64,000 nt of DNA, from assembly GCA_051294375.1 (NCBI GenBank), contig CM119265.1:23026099-23090098 (forward strand), given 5' to 3'. The translations under genes and the position numbers were made by a program. Each line of letters opens with the position of its first letter. Position 1 is the stretch's first letter. Below, one piece after another: positions 1 to 11,650 of this stretch. Under the pieces are notes generated by a model, which saw nothing but the letters and a program-made list of their open reading frames with translations, made no database searches and was not told the origin of the DNA. The stretch comes from Paraspadella gotoi (taxonomy: Eukaryota; Animalia; Chaetognatha).

Positions 1-25
1 TTCTCTCTCTCTCTCTCTCTCTCTC

Positions 26-61
<36 letters not shown>

Positions 62-439
62 GCATAATTTCGCTAACTTTTTCCTCCGCCCAATTTTTTT
101 AGGTTTTCCTGCTCTGAATTGGAGAATAATCAAAATTTTGTTTCGCCAAAGATTTTGGTTTCATGGAATTTTTTAGAAACCTAATTTTTTTTTTTCTTCA
201 AATTTTACTGAAAATTGTATTTTTTCAAATTTTCATCTATTTTTTTTTAAAAGATTTTATTTTTGATTCNNNNNNNNNNNNNNNNNNNNNNNNNTATACA
301 CGAAATCGCGGGTAAAATTGACGAGACGGAAAGCTGGTAGACTACAGCCAACATGCCGGTATAATTTTATATTATTGCCTCTTTGTTAACTTCTTCGGGC
401 CTAATAACTCTCTCTCTTCCTCTCTCTCTCTCTTCTCTG

Positions 440-493
<54 letters not shown>

Positions 494-661
494 CTCTCTC
501 CACTTCTTCCCTCCAATTCCTTCTTAGGTAAAAAAACAAAAAGAAAATCTTTTCCACTTTTTTGCGTTAAATCCCAGCAAATGGGATTTTTTTCCCTCTT
601 TCCAACTCAATCTCACTTTCTTTTTCTCTTCTCGACCAATTTTCTACATTTCCACTCTTTC

Positions 662-735
<74 letters not shown>

Positions 736-774
736 ACTCCCTCAATCTAACCCATCAATTCCTCTCCTCTCTCT

Positions 775-830
<56 letters not shown>

Positions 831-860
831 CCTCTCTCTCTCTCACTATCTCCTCTCATC
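1..860. repeat. (CT)n/(TC)n microsatellite cluster; further tracts at about 1355-1655 and 1940-2450
   Basis: Long, interrupted dinucleotide runs are directly visible. They generate the SL/ER-rich pseudo-ORFs. Confidence 0.95.
60..269 (+). repeat. ~210-bp direct duplicate of 2030-2237
   Basis: Near-identical sequence from GGCATAATTTCGCTAAC to TTTTGATTC in both places. This copy ends at the 25-N gap (270-294), so it is probably a gap-fill artefact. Confidence 0.85.
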
Positions 861-1385
861 TCTTCTCCTTCTCTCACTTCCTTATCTTAATGATCCTGGC
901 CCCGAACTACTTTCTCGCGCGCCTTTTTCTTTCCCTCAGCGTTTTTCTCCTCCGCTTTCCTCTCGTTTTTCTTTAAAGTGAATCACTTTTTAGTCCTTTT
1001 GACTTTTTCACCAAAGTTTCGCTTCACGGTTGTTGTGTTTCTTCGTTTATTTTTAACCTGGATTTCGACCTAAAGTTTTTTTACCTTTTTTTTTTCTTGG
1101 AAGGCGTAAGTTTTCTGTTTCAATTTGTGAATTCTCTCTCGCTGTTTGTTTTGCGTTTTTATTTCCGTTTTGTTACTTTGAATTCCCTTTTTCCTTTTCA
1201 TATTTTATTTCACTTTTTTATTAATTGTTGGTTTCCACCTTTGTATATTTCCACTTTTTGACATGGTGATACCTGTCGACCTTATCACAAATACACCTTG
1301 ATCACATTGGAGAAAAAATATGAATGAGGTCTTTAGAAATCGATTCTGAGAGTTCAATTCTTTCTCTCGCTCTCTCTCTCTCTTT

Positions 1386-1418
<33 letters not shown>

Positions 1419-1425
1419 CTCTCTC

Positions 1426-1471
<46 letters not shown>

Positions 1472-1582
1472 ACCTGCATATCTCCTCTAGTTTCCATTAA
1501 TATTTCTGTGCTATTTATTTCCTCGGGAGAATGGAGTCGATGCAGCCTCACCTTTCCTGACCGCAGAAGAGAGAGAGAGAGA

Positions 1583-1657
<75 letters not shown>

Positions 1658-1948
1658 GTGCGGAAGCAATATTGGACTAGGGACTCAGACTAGCTCCTGG
1701 AAAAGAAAGAGAGAAAAAAAGTTCGAGATTTTCTTTTCTAAGATTTCTTAAAGATATAAAAAGAAAGCGAATAAAAAAAAGACAAATAAAAAATACAAAA
1801 GGAAAAAGAGAAGGAAATAGAAGAGAAAAGAAAAGAAGAAAAAGTAAAAAGTCTTTCGCCAGGTTTCATTTTCGTCAAATTTCATTTGTCTCTTCCGCTG
1901 TTTGCACCTGCTTCTAGGCCGTCGGCAGATATTTTCCTCCTCTCTCCT

Positions 1949-2008
<60 letters not shown>

Positions 2009-2355
2009 ATCTCTCTCTCTCTCTCTCTCGGCATAATTTCGCTAACTTTTATCACTCCCCAATTTTTTTAGGTTTTCCTGCTCTGAATTGTGAGAATAAT
2101 CAAAATTTTGTTTCGCCAAAGATTTTGGTTTCATGGAATTTTTTAGAAATCCTAATTTTTTTTTTCTTCAAATTTTACTGAAAATTGTAATTTTTCAAAT
2201 TTTCATCTTTTTTTTTAAAAGATTTTATTTTTGATTCTAATTCTTTTACCTTGAATTCTTTTTTTTTTTTTTTCAGAGAATTATTACTCTTTTTTGTACT
2301 AGTTTTATTTTCTCTTTTTATCCTTTCTAGACACACTCACACCCTTCTCTCTCCT

Positions 2356-2389
<34 letters not shown>

Positions 2390-2400
2390 TCTCTCTCTCG

Positions 2401-2431
<31 letters not shown>

Positions 2432-3879
2432 TCCCTCTCTCTCTGTCTACTCACTCTCATTCCTTTCCCATTCCACTGGATCGCCTCCCCAGAGTTCGTC
2501 CTTCCATTAGCAAAGGCGGCGAAGCGATTTTCCTCCAACAATTAGGCAAACAATAGTTCCGACGATGACAACGACGACAACGACGACGATGACAACGATA
2601 ACAACATAACGATGACTACGACAATGACAACGACGACGATAACAACATAACGATGTCAACGAAGAACATTTCGAAGATGACATGATATCGTCATGTCATG
2701 ACAGGAAACTGACTTGTCATGGAAGCCAAACGAGAAAGATGCAAATGACATCCATGAAGAATCCGCTGCTCTTGAAGACAAACATTAGACGCGAATGTGA
2801 CGAGAGAGATCGACGACGACGAAAACGACGACGACGATGACGACGACGACCGTGAATTATTTTGATGCTTCACGCCCGCAAAGTCGCGCGTTCGAGACGT
2901 CGCTCGTTCCGCGTAATGTGACGAGGGAGCTTCGTGGAAAAACTAGCCGAGGCCAATTATGAAGAAAAATTCGTGAATCAAATTCTCAGGTATATTTTCA
3001 GTAAGATATCCATACGTTGTCCCGTAAAACTGCATCACTAAGTTAGTTACTAAGTTACGAAGGCCGAACAAAAGACCGATGAAATATTGACCGGACACGT
3101 AAAAGATCAGTCAAACCCAATCATAAAGAATTAAGGCGAATCTAATTGAACTTAAAAAACGTTAGAGAGAGACGGAAAAATAACTTAGCGAGTCTTAGTA
3201 TTTCACAACGACGACGCCTACAAAAAATTGACGATAACGATGAAGACGACGACGTCGAAGATTAATCTGGCTCAAGACGGAAACCTGGACGGCGTCGTAA
3301 TTAAGTCGACAAGAAAACGGAGAAAATGACGACGAAAAACGAACAAATAAAACGGGAGATTAATTGTAGAAATTCAAAGTTTATCTTTGTCCGTCTGTCT
3401 TTTTTCATTGTCGTCGTCTCTTGTCGTCGTTTTTCTCATCCTCGTTTTATAATCCAGTGCGACGTGGTCTTTTTCGTGGTGGTGGTGGTCGTCGTCGTCG
3501 TCATTATAATTCATTCTTCGAGTCATCTTTCTCCGATCAACGTCAAACTGAAAGTGAAATTCCGTCGTCGCTGTTGCCACTGTCATCGGCTGAGCTCTTG
3601 CTCTCTCCTTATCCCACTCATCATCGACGTCGTGTCGACATGATCATCATTATCATCACCGTCATATCATAATCATCATAACCCTAATCAGTGTCATTAT
3701 CTCAGCCAGTTCCATCGAAATAATCCATGCTGTCGTCGTCATATAACTAACATATAACATATAACATATAACTAACTAATCAAGATTATCTTCGTCGTCG
3801 TCTTCGTCGTCGTCGTCATCATCTTTATACTCCTGCGTCGCTTTTGTGTTTCTTGACAACAAATCTCTTGATCGATAAA

Positions 3880-3972
3880 ACGACGACGACGACGACGACG
3901 AGGGCGACGACGACGACGACGAGGGCGACGACGACGACGAGGGCGATGATGACGACGACGAGGGCGATGATG
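3880..3972 (+). repeat. (GAC)n-based trinucleotide tract; similar tracts at about 2560-2650, 5643-5700 and 34130-34220
   Basis: GACGACGAC runs with periodic GAGGGC interruptions. Confidence 0.9.
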
Positions 3973-4070
3973 AAAAGACCCGGAGACGACAAATGACAAG
4001 TGGCAAAAGTTGATGCCAAAGAAGATGGAGAAACTGAGACGAGAAAATATATTTTCTGAGAGACGAAGGT

Positions 4071-4238
4071 GATAAATATCAATGATGGCGTCTGTGATAA
4101 ATATCAATGATGGCGTCTGTGATAAATATCAAAGATGGCGTCTGTGAACAATATCAATGATGGCGTCTGTGATAAATATCGATGATGGCGTCTGTGAACA
4201 ATATCAATGATGGCGTCTGTGATCAATATCAATGATGA
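4071..4238 (+). repeat. 25-bp minisatellite, about 6.7 copies (GATAAATATCAATGATGGCGTCTGT)
   Basis: Units start at 4071, 4096, 4121, 4146, 4171, 4196 and 4221, with no spacers. Confidence 0.95.
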
Positions 4239-4240
4239 TC

Positions 4241-4481
4241 AATTTTGTGTGTGGGTAGGAGAGTGTGTGATTGAGTTGGATGTAAAGTTTCGATGGAATC
4301 GTGCAAGTGGAAATGAGTTTAAATGGAAAAAACAAACACTATTTGAACGCCAATTACTCATGAGTGGATGGGGCGATTGACTTGAAATTTTGTATGTTGG
4401 TAGGAAAGTGTGTTATTAAGCTGGAAATTAAGTTTTGATGGAATCGTTAGAGTGGAAATGAGTTTAAATGGAAAAAACAAA
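4241..4481 (+). repeat. Two diverged ~95-bp direct repeats (about 4241-4336 and 4386-4481), possibly part of a non-autonomous element
   Basis: Both copies run AATTTTGT..GTAGGA..GATGGAATCGT..GTGGAAATGAGTTTAAATGGAAAAAACAAA and differ mostly by substitutions. Confidence 0.75.
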
Positions 4482-4914
4482 AAAACTGTTTCACTAATTG
4501 ATTATGCTTCTTTTTCTTTTTATATTAAATGTAAATGCAAGAAGTATTAATTAATCAAATAATTAATTAGTTATTTAATCAATTAATCAATTAATTAATA
4601 AATAATTAATTATTCGGTCAATTAATCAATCAATTAATCAAATCAATCAAGTCAATCTTTATCGTGTTATTGTCGTCGTCTCCATCATTGTCGTCGTTTC
4701 TTTTGTCGTGGTCAGTGACGAAAAGACCTTACAACAAACATTTGGATCAAATTAATTAATTAATGNNNNNNNNNNTATATAGTTTGTATTTTTTAATTAA
4801 TTAATTAATGATCGTGGGCAGATCTGACATTGTTTGCTCAAACTTATTTTTTTTGTAAAAGATATGTCGCAGTAATTAAAAACAAAATGGAAACAAACGC
4901 GCAGATATTAACGC

Positions 4915-5260
4915 GGCTTCTCTGGAGGGGGTTTCCCTTACGTTGACCTATACAGGCGAGAGCCGAGCTGGTCTTATTACCCAGCTACTCAACCCAGCAA
5001 GGAGGTCAGCTAGGTAAGGAACTAAGGAGCAACATCGCAGAGACACGGGTTTCCGGTTACAGAAGGTTAAGTTTCTCTTTTTATCTAGAGAGCTTTCTGC
5101 CCCACCCAAAATTTTGGTTGACTAGGATACTTATCAAGCCTTTGGTCCAATTAGTTTGGACATGAAAGGACCGTATTTCGAGAATGTTTGCTTATTGATA
5201 AGTCAGTTAGCCGGCATTCAATCGATCAGTTTACATGTTTCAACGAGAGATTTAACTTTT
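4915..5260 (+). ncRNA. Candidate structured RNA of unassigned class
   Basis: Nested helices found by eye: 4919-24/5038-43, 4936-41/5014-19, 4942-49/5003-10, GNRA hairpin GGC-GAGA-GCC 4955-64, 4966-71/4981-86, 5066-77/5245-56, 5116-23/5205-12, 5129-37/5195-5203 and 5145-50/5156-61. The non-Watson-Crick pairs are G-U on the + strand. Confidence 0.45.
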
Positions 5261-5269
5261 ATCAAAAAT

Positions 5270-5447
5270 TTATCGATTAGTTGGCATACGACAAGATGTA
5301 AATGAGAATATAGAAATTAAATGGTTAATTTGTAATTGTTTCATGTTTTCCTCTATGTCTTTTTTAATCGGTTTAGATTTAGATTCCGACTCTATAATTA
5401 TGGGTGGCCTATCACAGTAAGTTGGGTCAAAAATTTCAATTGAGCAC
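5270..5447 (-). CDS. Probable terminal exon of an unknown protein (CSIEIFDPTYCDRPPIIIE...)
   Basis: Pyrimidine tract and CAG acceptor at 5450-5448 on the minus strand, followed by an open frame to TAA. Confidence 0.4.
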
Positions 5448-6199
5448 CTGCTCAAATGAAAATTTTAACATTTTTTTAAAAATTACGATAAAAGAACAAA
5501 AAACATATATTCACTTACATCTCGGATCAAATAATAAACATTAGCGAATATAAAAATATTAAAATATATAATAAACAAAAATATAATATGGAAATAAATA
5601 TATGATCCCTGCAATCCATAATTTTTAGCAATGTGAAGGACGCGACGACGACGACGACGACGACGACGAGGACGACGACGAGGACGACGACGACGACGAC
5701 GGTGAACCCTTCTTCCGCTCTTGTCGGAGAGAGCAAATAATAATAAAGGAAAACAAAATTAAACGATAACTACGACGGGAAACTATTAGCAAAATAACGA
5801 TAGAATACTATTAAAAAGAAGAAAAGACGGGCGGTCATCTCTCACCGTCACCAATAACTGCAATGACATCACCATCTGCTAAAATTTCTTTCTCTTTTCA
5901 AAGTGATTACTTTTTTATGTCATTTCAATAATTTATTTCTTTATTTATTTTTCAACCTTTCACCATCATTTCTCTTTCTCCATCACGAATCTCTGTTCAT
6001 CACAATCTCTCTTTCTCCATCACGACGTCCTTCATCTCCACTCCTTTCCTATTTTTCCTCCGTGAGACAATCAACAGTGATAAATAGGTCGTTTTTGACA
6101 AAAGCGCAAAAAAAAAAGAACAATGAGAAAAGGGGAACGGAAGAGATAAGGAAATTAGACAATGACGAAAACCGGATGGTGGAGGCTGACAAGGCTTAC

Positions 6200-6326
6200 C
6201 CGGTGTGGACGTCGGTTGGGAGGAAATGTCGTGTGACTGGAACGTTTTGGTCTCAAAAATGGTTCCCTCTCTCACGACGCAGTTTTTCCTTGCATTTTCA
6301 ACCACAACGGAACTAAACCCCTTCCT
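6200..6326 (-). CDS. Internal exon of an unknown protein (KGFSSVVVENARKNCVVREGTIFETKTF...)
   Basis: Open non-repetitive frame, GTAAGC donor starting at 6199, T-rich AG acceptor. Confidence 0.45.
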
Positions 6327-6901
6327 CTTCAAAACGAACCCAAACCAAAAAAAAACAACAAAAAAACAAAAAAAAAACAACCAAACAAACCATCTAAACA
6401 AACATTTCTACTATTTCCAAAAACAAACAGTTCTACTTCCAAGTTTTCCAACGTTTACTCTCTCAGCGGAAACGACAAACGTAAATTTTTACGCCAAACA
6501 AACGACGTCGAGTTTTTAATCTTTTATTCATCCTTCAATTATTTTATCTTTCAATTAAAATTCCTCCCGATCGTCTCCATTTTTCTATCGAGGGATTTTT
6601 CCCGATGCGTCGAAGCGTCCTTCCGATGTTAATTTGTTGGTCGGTCGGTCGGTTTGTTCAATTAGTCGGTCCGGGTTGAATGAGTCGTCGGATTAGTTGG
6701 ATATAAGAAAAAAAAATGAAAGCTGGCTGACGGAACTGATTTTTTGAAATTTAAAAGTAAAAAACGCAAGGAACAAGTAATCACTGTACCGCAAAATAAG
6801 AAAAATTAAAACATTTCATTTTCCTTTTTGAAATTAAAAAAAGAATTTATTAAAAAAAAAAATAAAGTAAAATAAACCCGGGAAGAAGTTCTAAACTTTA
6901 C

Positions 6902-7374
6902 CTCCCATTAAACGCGACCCACCGGCCCGTCACATCATTTCAAGCTTCCTCGAAAGATTAGCGGCGCACCCCTTTTAACAAGTCAACGAGTGAGCCATGC
7001 TTTTCAAAGAGTTCACCGCCCATTCACAACCGTCCCTCCACTCCGCCCCCTTCGGAACCAAACTCAACAACCCCCTTCGCCCTAAAACCATCCTCCACCA
7101 CAATCACTCTTTAAGCGAGTAGCGGCGCACCCGTTCTCGATCCCTTTCGAAATTATTCCTCGCTCCTGGCCAACCTCGGCGGACCACAATCGCCCACTAC
7201 CCTACCTCCCCAAACTCCCCTTCAGCAGGGGGATCGGCGCACCTTGTTCTTCTTGATCCCGAAGACGGCGATGACGATGAGGACGACGAGGGAGAAGGCG
7301 AGGAAGAAACCGGAAGCGACGATGACGACGATGAGTTCGTGACGGGACGATGGGGAGGGACGACGGACACGGAT
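6902..7374 (-). CDS. Exon-like block with an unresolved reading frame
   Basis: Strong CT-rich CAG acceptor (7377-7375) and GTAAAG donor (6901) on the minus strand. All three minus frames contain stops, and the block abuts a 25-N gap. Confidence 0.35.
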
Positions 7375-7586
7375 CTGTGGGGGAGAGGGAGAGGNNNNNN
7401 NNNNNNNNNNNNNNNNNNNAGGGGAGGGAAGAGAGGTGGAGGGTAAGAGGGGCGGGGGGCGGGGGGGGGGGGGGGAAAGGAATGGCGTTGGAGGAGTGCG
7501 AAGGGAGAGAGAGTGAAAGAGTGAATTAAGGCGCAAGAGAGGGAAATATAGGCGTTCAGACGCGAAAAATTCTACATACCTATCTG

Positions 7587-8050
7587 ATGACGTCATCACT
7601 TCCGTCATGACGTCATCACTTCCGGTCATGACGTCATCACTTCCGTTATGACGTCATCACTTCGGTCATGACGTCATCACTTCCGGTTATGACGTCGATC
7701 ACTTTCCGGTTATAGACGTCAATCACTTCCGGTCATGACGTCATCATTCCGGTTATGACGTCATCACTTCTGGTCATGACGTCATCACTTCGCGGTCAAT
7801 GAAGTCATCACTTCCGGTCATGACGTCATCACTTCCGGTTATGACGTCATCACTCTGGTCATGACGTCATCACTCCGGTCATGAAGTCATCACTTCCGTC
7901 ATGACGTCATCATTCGATCATGAAGTCATCATTCCTGTCCGACGAGTCATCACTTCGATCATGACGTCATCATTTCTGGTGCACGAACGTCATCACTCCG
8001 ATCATTAACGTCATCATTTCTGGGTCAACGAGTCTATCACTTCCGATCAT
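7587..8050. repeat. 21-bp tandem array, about 22 copies, ATGACGTCATCACTTCCGGT(C/T)
   Basis: Directly visible and decaying towards 8050. Each unit holds the palindrome ATGACGTCAT (CRE core TGACGTCA) and ACTTCCGG (ETS core CCGGAAGT on the minus strand). Confidence 0.95.
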
Positions 8051-8300
8051 AATCATTTGCAGCCTTTGGCTATTCTTCATTGAAACACTCCTATAGTTAT
8101 GGTCATCACTATTTTTCAACATTTGCTGTAATTTTCTTTTTTGCGACTGAGAGTGTTTTATAAAGATGATATTAGATTATAGTTTATTAGTATTTCTTTT
8201 TAGCTAGTGAATTTGATCTTAATAGAAAAAAGAATTCTGTGTATTGCGATTTCATTGAAGAACTGGATGGTTACTATCATACCATGGAACTTATGAATTG

Positions 8301-8596
8301 GAACATCGGGATTCTCGAAGAGATCCCCCGAATGTTTATTTAAATCCTTCCATTATTGTAGAAATTAAATGTATTTTATTTTACAACATAATTACAATGA
8401 ATATTTGAAGATAAAGATCGAGTTTAATTTTTTGTTTTTTTCTTTATGACAGCTCAGAGACATCACTCGCGAATAAAGCGAAATCTAGTTATTGAAAAAC
8501 AAAAGGTAAAAATCGATTATGGATATCATGAGACACTGATGGAAGTAGTATAGACAGAAACATTAGGGATTCTCGTGAGGAATCCCTAATGTTTCT
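8301..8596. other. Two related hairpins (8301-8337 imperfect; 8556-8596 perfect 17-bp stem, 7-nt loop) within a ~255-bp-period degenerate duplication
   Basis: AGAAACATTAGGGATTC-tcgtgag-GAATCCCTAATGTTTCT. The downstream flanks of the two hairpins are also similar. Confidence 0.85.
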
Positions 8597-8819
8597 AATT
8601 AACCTTTATCATTTTGTAGACGTTAAACAACCATACTTATTATGACTGTGTATCTACTTTATTTTTTGAAACAATTATACACACTGATTGCAATTTTCAC
8701 ATCTAAAAAGGATACATATCAAGTATTGTTCAAAATTTAATTATAATACAAGAAATCGATAAAATGTTCAACATTATCTTGTCCTTCGATTTGAGGGCCA
8801 GTAAAAATCTCGCTTCTTA

Positions 8820-11650
8820 AAGATGTCATTGTCCTTCGTATCAACCTTTATCGAATTAGGTTAATTCGGAAAAGGTTTGTGTCATCTTCGTCGATAATCG
8901 TTAGAAACAGGAAATCCGATGAAAAACTTTGTATACGCATAGTTTCGTCGTCGTCATAATCTCCCGGTGTTCATCGAATGATAACATCTTAGGTTCGTAC
9001 AGAAATGGTCGTAAATTCTTTTTATATTTTCATTGATGAGACTTTTTATTCTGCAAATCGATGATGATTGAAGTCCGTTTACATGGCTTTTGGGATCGTT
9101 TAGTTCTATCTTTATGATTTTTAATCTTTTCATTTTTTAGTCCCACAAAAAACAAGTTTTCGGTTATTTCATATTTTGTTTCTAATTCCATCTATTAAAA
9201 AATACAATTTATTAAAACAAACTTTATTGTTACGACGACAGAATTGAATCATGATTATCATAAAAATTTTAAAAACAAAATAATTTTTTCATTTCCTCTG
9301 ATGGCCAATGGTCCAAATTTGCTTTATATCGCCACCCATGCTTGCGAATGAATAGTTTTTGTTCCTTTTCGTGTTGTCGCCAGATTTTAATATATTTCCA
9401 TTTTGTTTCATGACCGAATTGTATTTCCACGCTTTGAAGCATTCTTTTTTTTCAGTCTTTTTTACAAATTTGAGAAGTCTGACAAGTTTTCTTATTCACG
9501 TAATTTTAAATTCTCTTCTACCGTCCAACAAATTTTTTTACGAACGCCCAAAAATTAATGCCAGGTTTTTTCTAAATTTGTTTAATGTAAGATAACCATC
9601 ATCGTTAGGCGAAAATGTATTAGTGACAATTTTTACACCGTTCATTCAATTTCGCCATCTTTAATTTTATCTAATTTAATCAAAAATTATTTATATGCAT
9701 GTTTTTTTTTTATATTTCCCTAATTGGTGACATATCATACCATTACTCAAGGTACAACGTGCCCTCTAGGCGTAACCCAATGAATCATTTCCTCATCTTA
9801 TAATACGATAAAATCTAAAAGGAGTTTATTTATCTCAGGCGTCAACCTCCTTTTGCGGGTCAACATTCTCCACCTCTTATATAATATTCACTTACTCTTA
9901 AAAGCGTCTTTAAATAACAGAACAATCCTTTCAAGTCATTTTATTCAATATCTTTATAATAACAAAAAATATAAAAAAAAAGAAAATATCTAAGGCGTTG
10001 TCCATTTCTCCACTCCTTGAGCATATATTCCGTTATCAACTGTATGAGTAATCCGCAATGCAAATCGTTGTTGGCTCTCGTAATGATGTTCATTAAGTTC
10101 TATCGTACAAGAAAGATAGATGTATAACAGAACATTTTACAATAAGTAAAAATATATTTTACCTATATTTTCGTAGGCGGCGTCATCCTCAGGTTTGACG
10201 TTCGTGGTACCACCCGGCTCCTGCTCCCGATGATGTTTGAGTCTGTCTCTGCTGGCAGTTCTTGTCTGACTTCATCCATCAAGCACCCTCACCTCTTCTG
10301 CACTATTTCGTTGTAGGTATTCGTTGACGTCATCATTGTCAGTCGCTAAAATCATCCCAACCTACGTCGGGTTCTTCTGGTGGAGGTGGTAATATTTTCC
10401 AACTCTAATGCAATTTCGTTTTCATCATTGGTGTCATAATTGATGTGTTGTAGATAGTAGTCCCCGCCGGCAAGTCTGTCACGGCCGGTTTCCCCCCTCC
10501 GACGACGGTTTATTTCTTGTTCGGTTAATCCTTCTTTAGCAATCGGCCTTTTCGCAGATTTAACATTCTATCGCTATCTTTCGGCATGAAGACCGATCAA
10601 AATAATATGTTAGTAAAATCTTATCATTTTTTAGATCGTAATCATCTTTTCTTCCGCTGAATTGGATATTAGAACATTTTAGGTAGTAAAAAAAAAAAAA
10701 ATTGAAAAAAAGACATCTCACTTTTGACACTCTTTCCTGTCGCGCCTTGAATTGCATTGTTTGGTTGGATGATTTGATTTGGTTGTCTCTGTTGGTAATG
10801 TTTGATTTTTTCTCTTCTTCCTCCGTCTATCGCCGTTGTCATTGTATTTGGATTTGTCATCGGTCGTTGTCGTTGTGGTTTTATTCTCGTCGTCGTTGTC
10901 ATTGGCCTCGTCCATTGTCATCATACTTGTGGTTTCATTCTCGGTCGTGTTGTCGACTTTGCTCCGTTCATTGTCATCGTCGTTGTGGTTTTATTCTCGT
11001 CGTCCGTTGTCGGGCTCCCCCGTTGCATGCTCGTCTTGTCATCGTCGTTGTTATGTCCGTCCGTTGGTCTCAATTATGTCTCCCTCGTATTCGGTTTTTT
11101 GTGACTCCAGTCGTTGTGTTGTTTTTTCTCGGGTCGTTGTTATTGTCATTTTGGTTTGTGATGACATCTTTGTTTCTGTATTATCTCGTTCGTTTGTTGT
11201 TGTTTCATTTTTACCTTGTTGTTGCTGTTGCCATTGTCGTTGTTTTTATCGAGTCGATCATTTGTCGTGATTTGTTTGTAGTCGCTGTTGATGTCGTTGG
11301 ACTCGTTATTTAATCGTAGTTTTTGTCGGTCCTTTAGGTCCGAGGAGGTGCTTGATGTCGTTGGATTAATGGTGTCGTTGACGAACGCGCCTGCTTGATG
11401 TCGTTGTGATTAATTTCGGGGTTGACGACGGCCTGCCTTTGTGTCGTCTGTGATCAATGGCGTCGTCCAGGCCCTGGCGGCGCAGCAAAGGTCACGCAGG
11501 CCCAATTCGTCTTTACCTAGATTATTCTGTTCCTTTTTAGTAGGTTAAATTTTAAAAATCACAGACTAAATTACTCACGTCTTCGGTCTATGATTTTGTC
11601 TGCCTTTACGATCCCCAGGCGCAAATAACAATGCACAAAAAGAAGGCGTT
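8820..11650 (-). mobile_element. Frameshifted, intron-containing gene resembling the N-terminal (pre-Rep) region of a Helitron Rep/helicase protein, with a T/D/N-rich low-complexity leader
   Basis: Minus-strand motifs in Helitron order: CxxC-like segments (about 9930; RCKNCH at about 9630), NYSFASMGGDI (about 9325-9357, cf. FSFTSMGG), FYDN (about 9260), DVII...MRIQSFSSDFLFL (about 8905-8990, cf. RDII...RISELHPSY). Read by eye across indels. No HUH Rep motif was found. Confidence 0.45.

Noticed and set aside
4859-5046. Canonical group I intron
   Set aside because: The S-like word precedes the R-like word, both are one base short, and no convincing P/Q elements or host exons were found. It is kept only as an unclassified structured RNA.
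6930-7374. Receptor kinase (TM segment LIVVIV...FGIKKNK, then RGVWGG and GSLVDLL) on the minus strand
   Set aside because: The TM-like stretch is the antisense of a GAC/GAG-rich tract. The frame has many stops and lacks GxGxxG, VAxK and HRD.
7587-8050. CRISPR array
   Set aside because: The units are head-to-tail with no unique spacers, there are no cas genes, and the context is eukaryotic. The same applies to 4071-4238 and 32440-34075.
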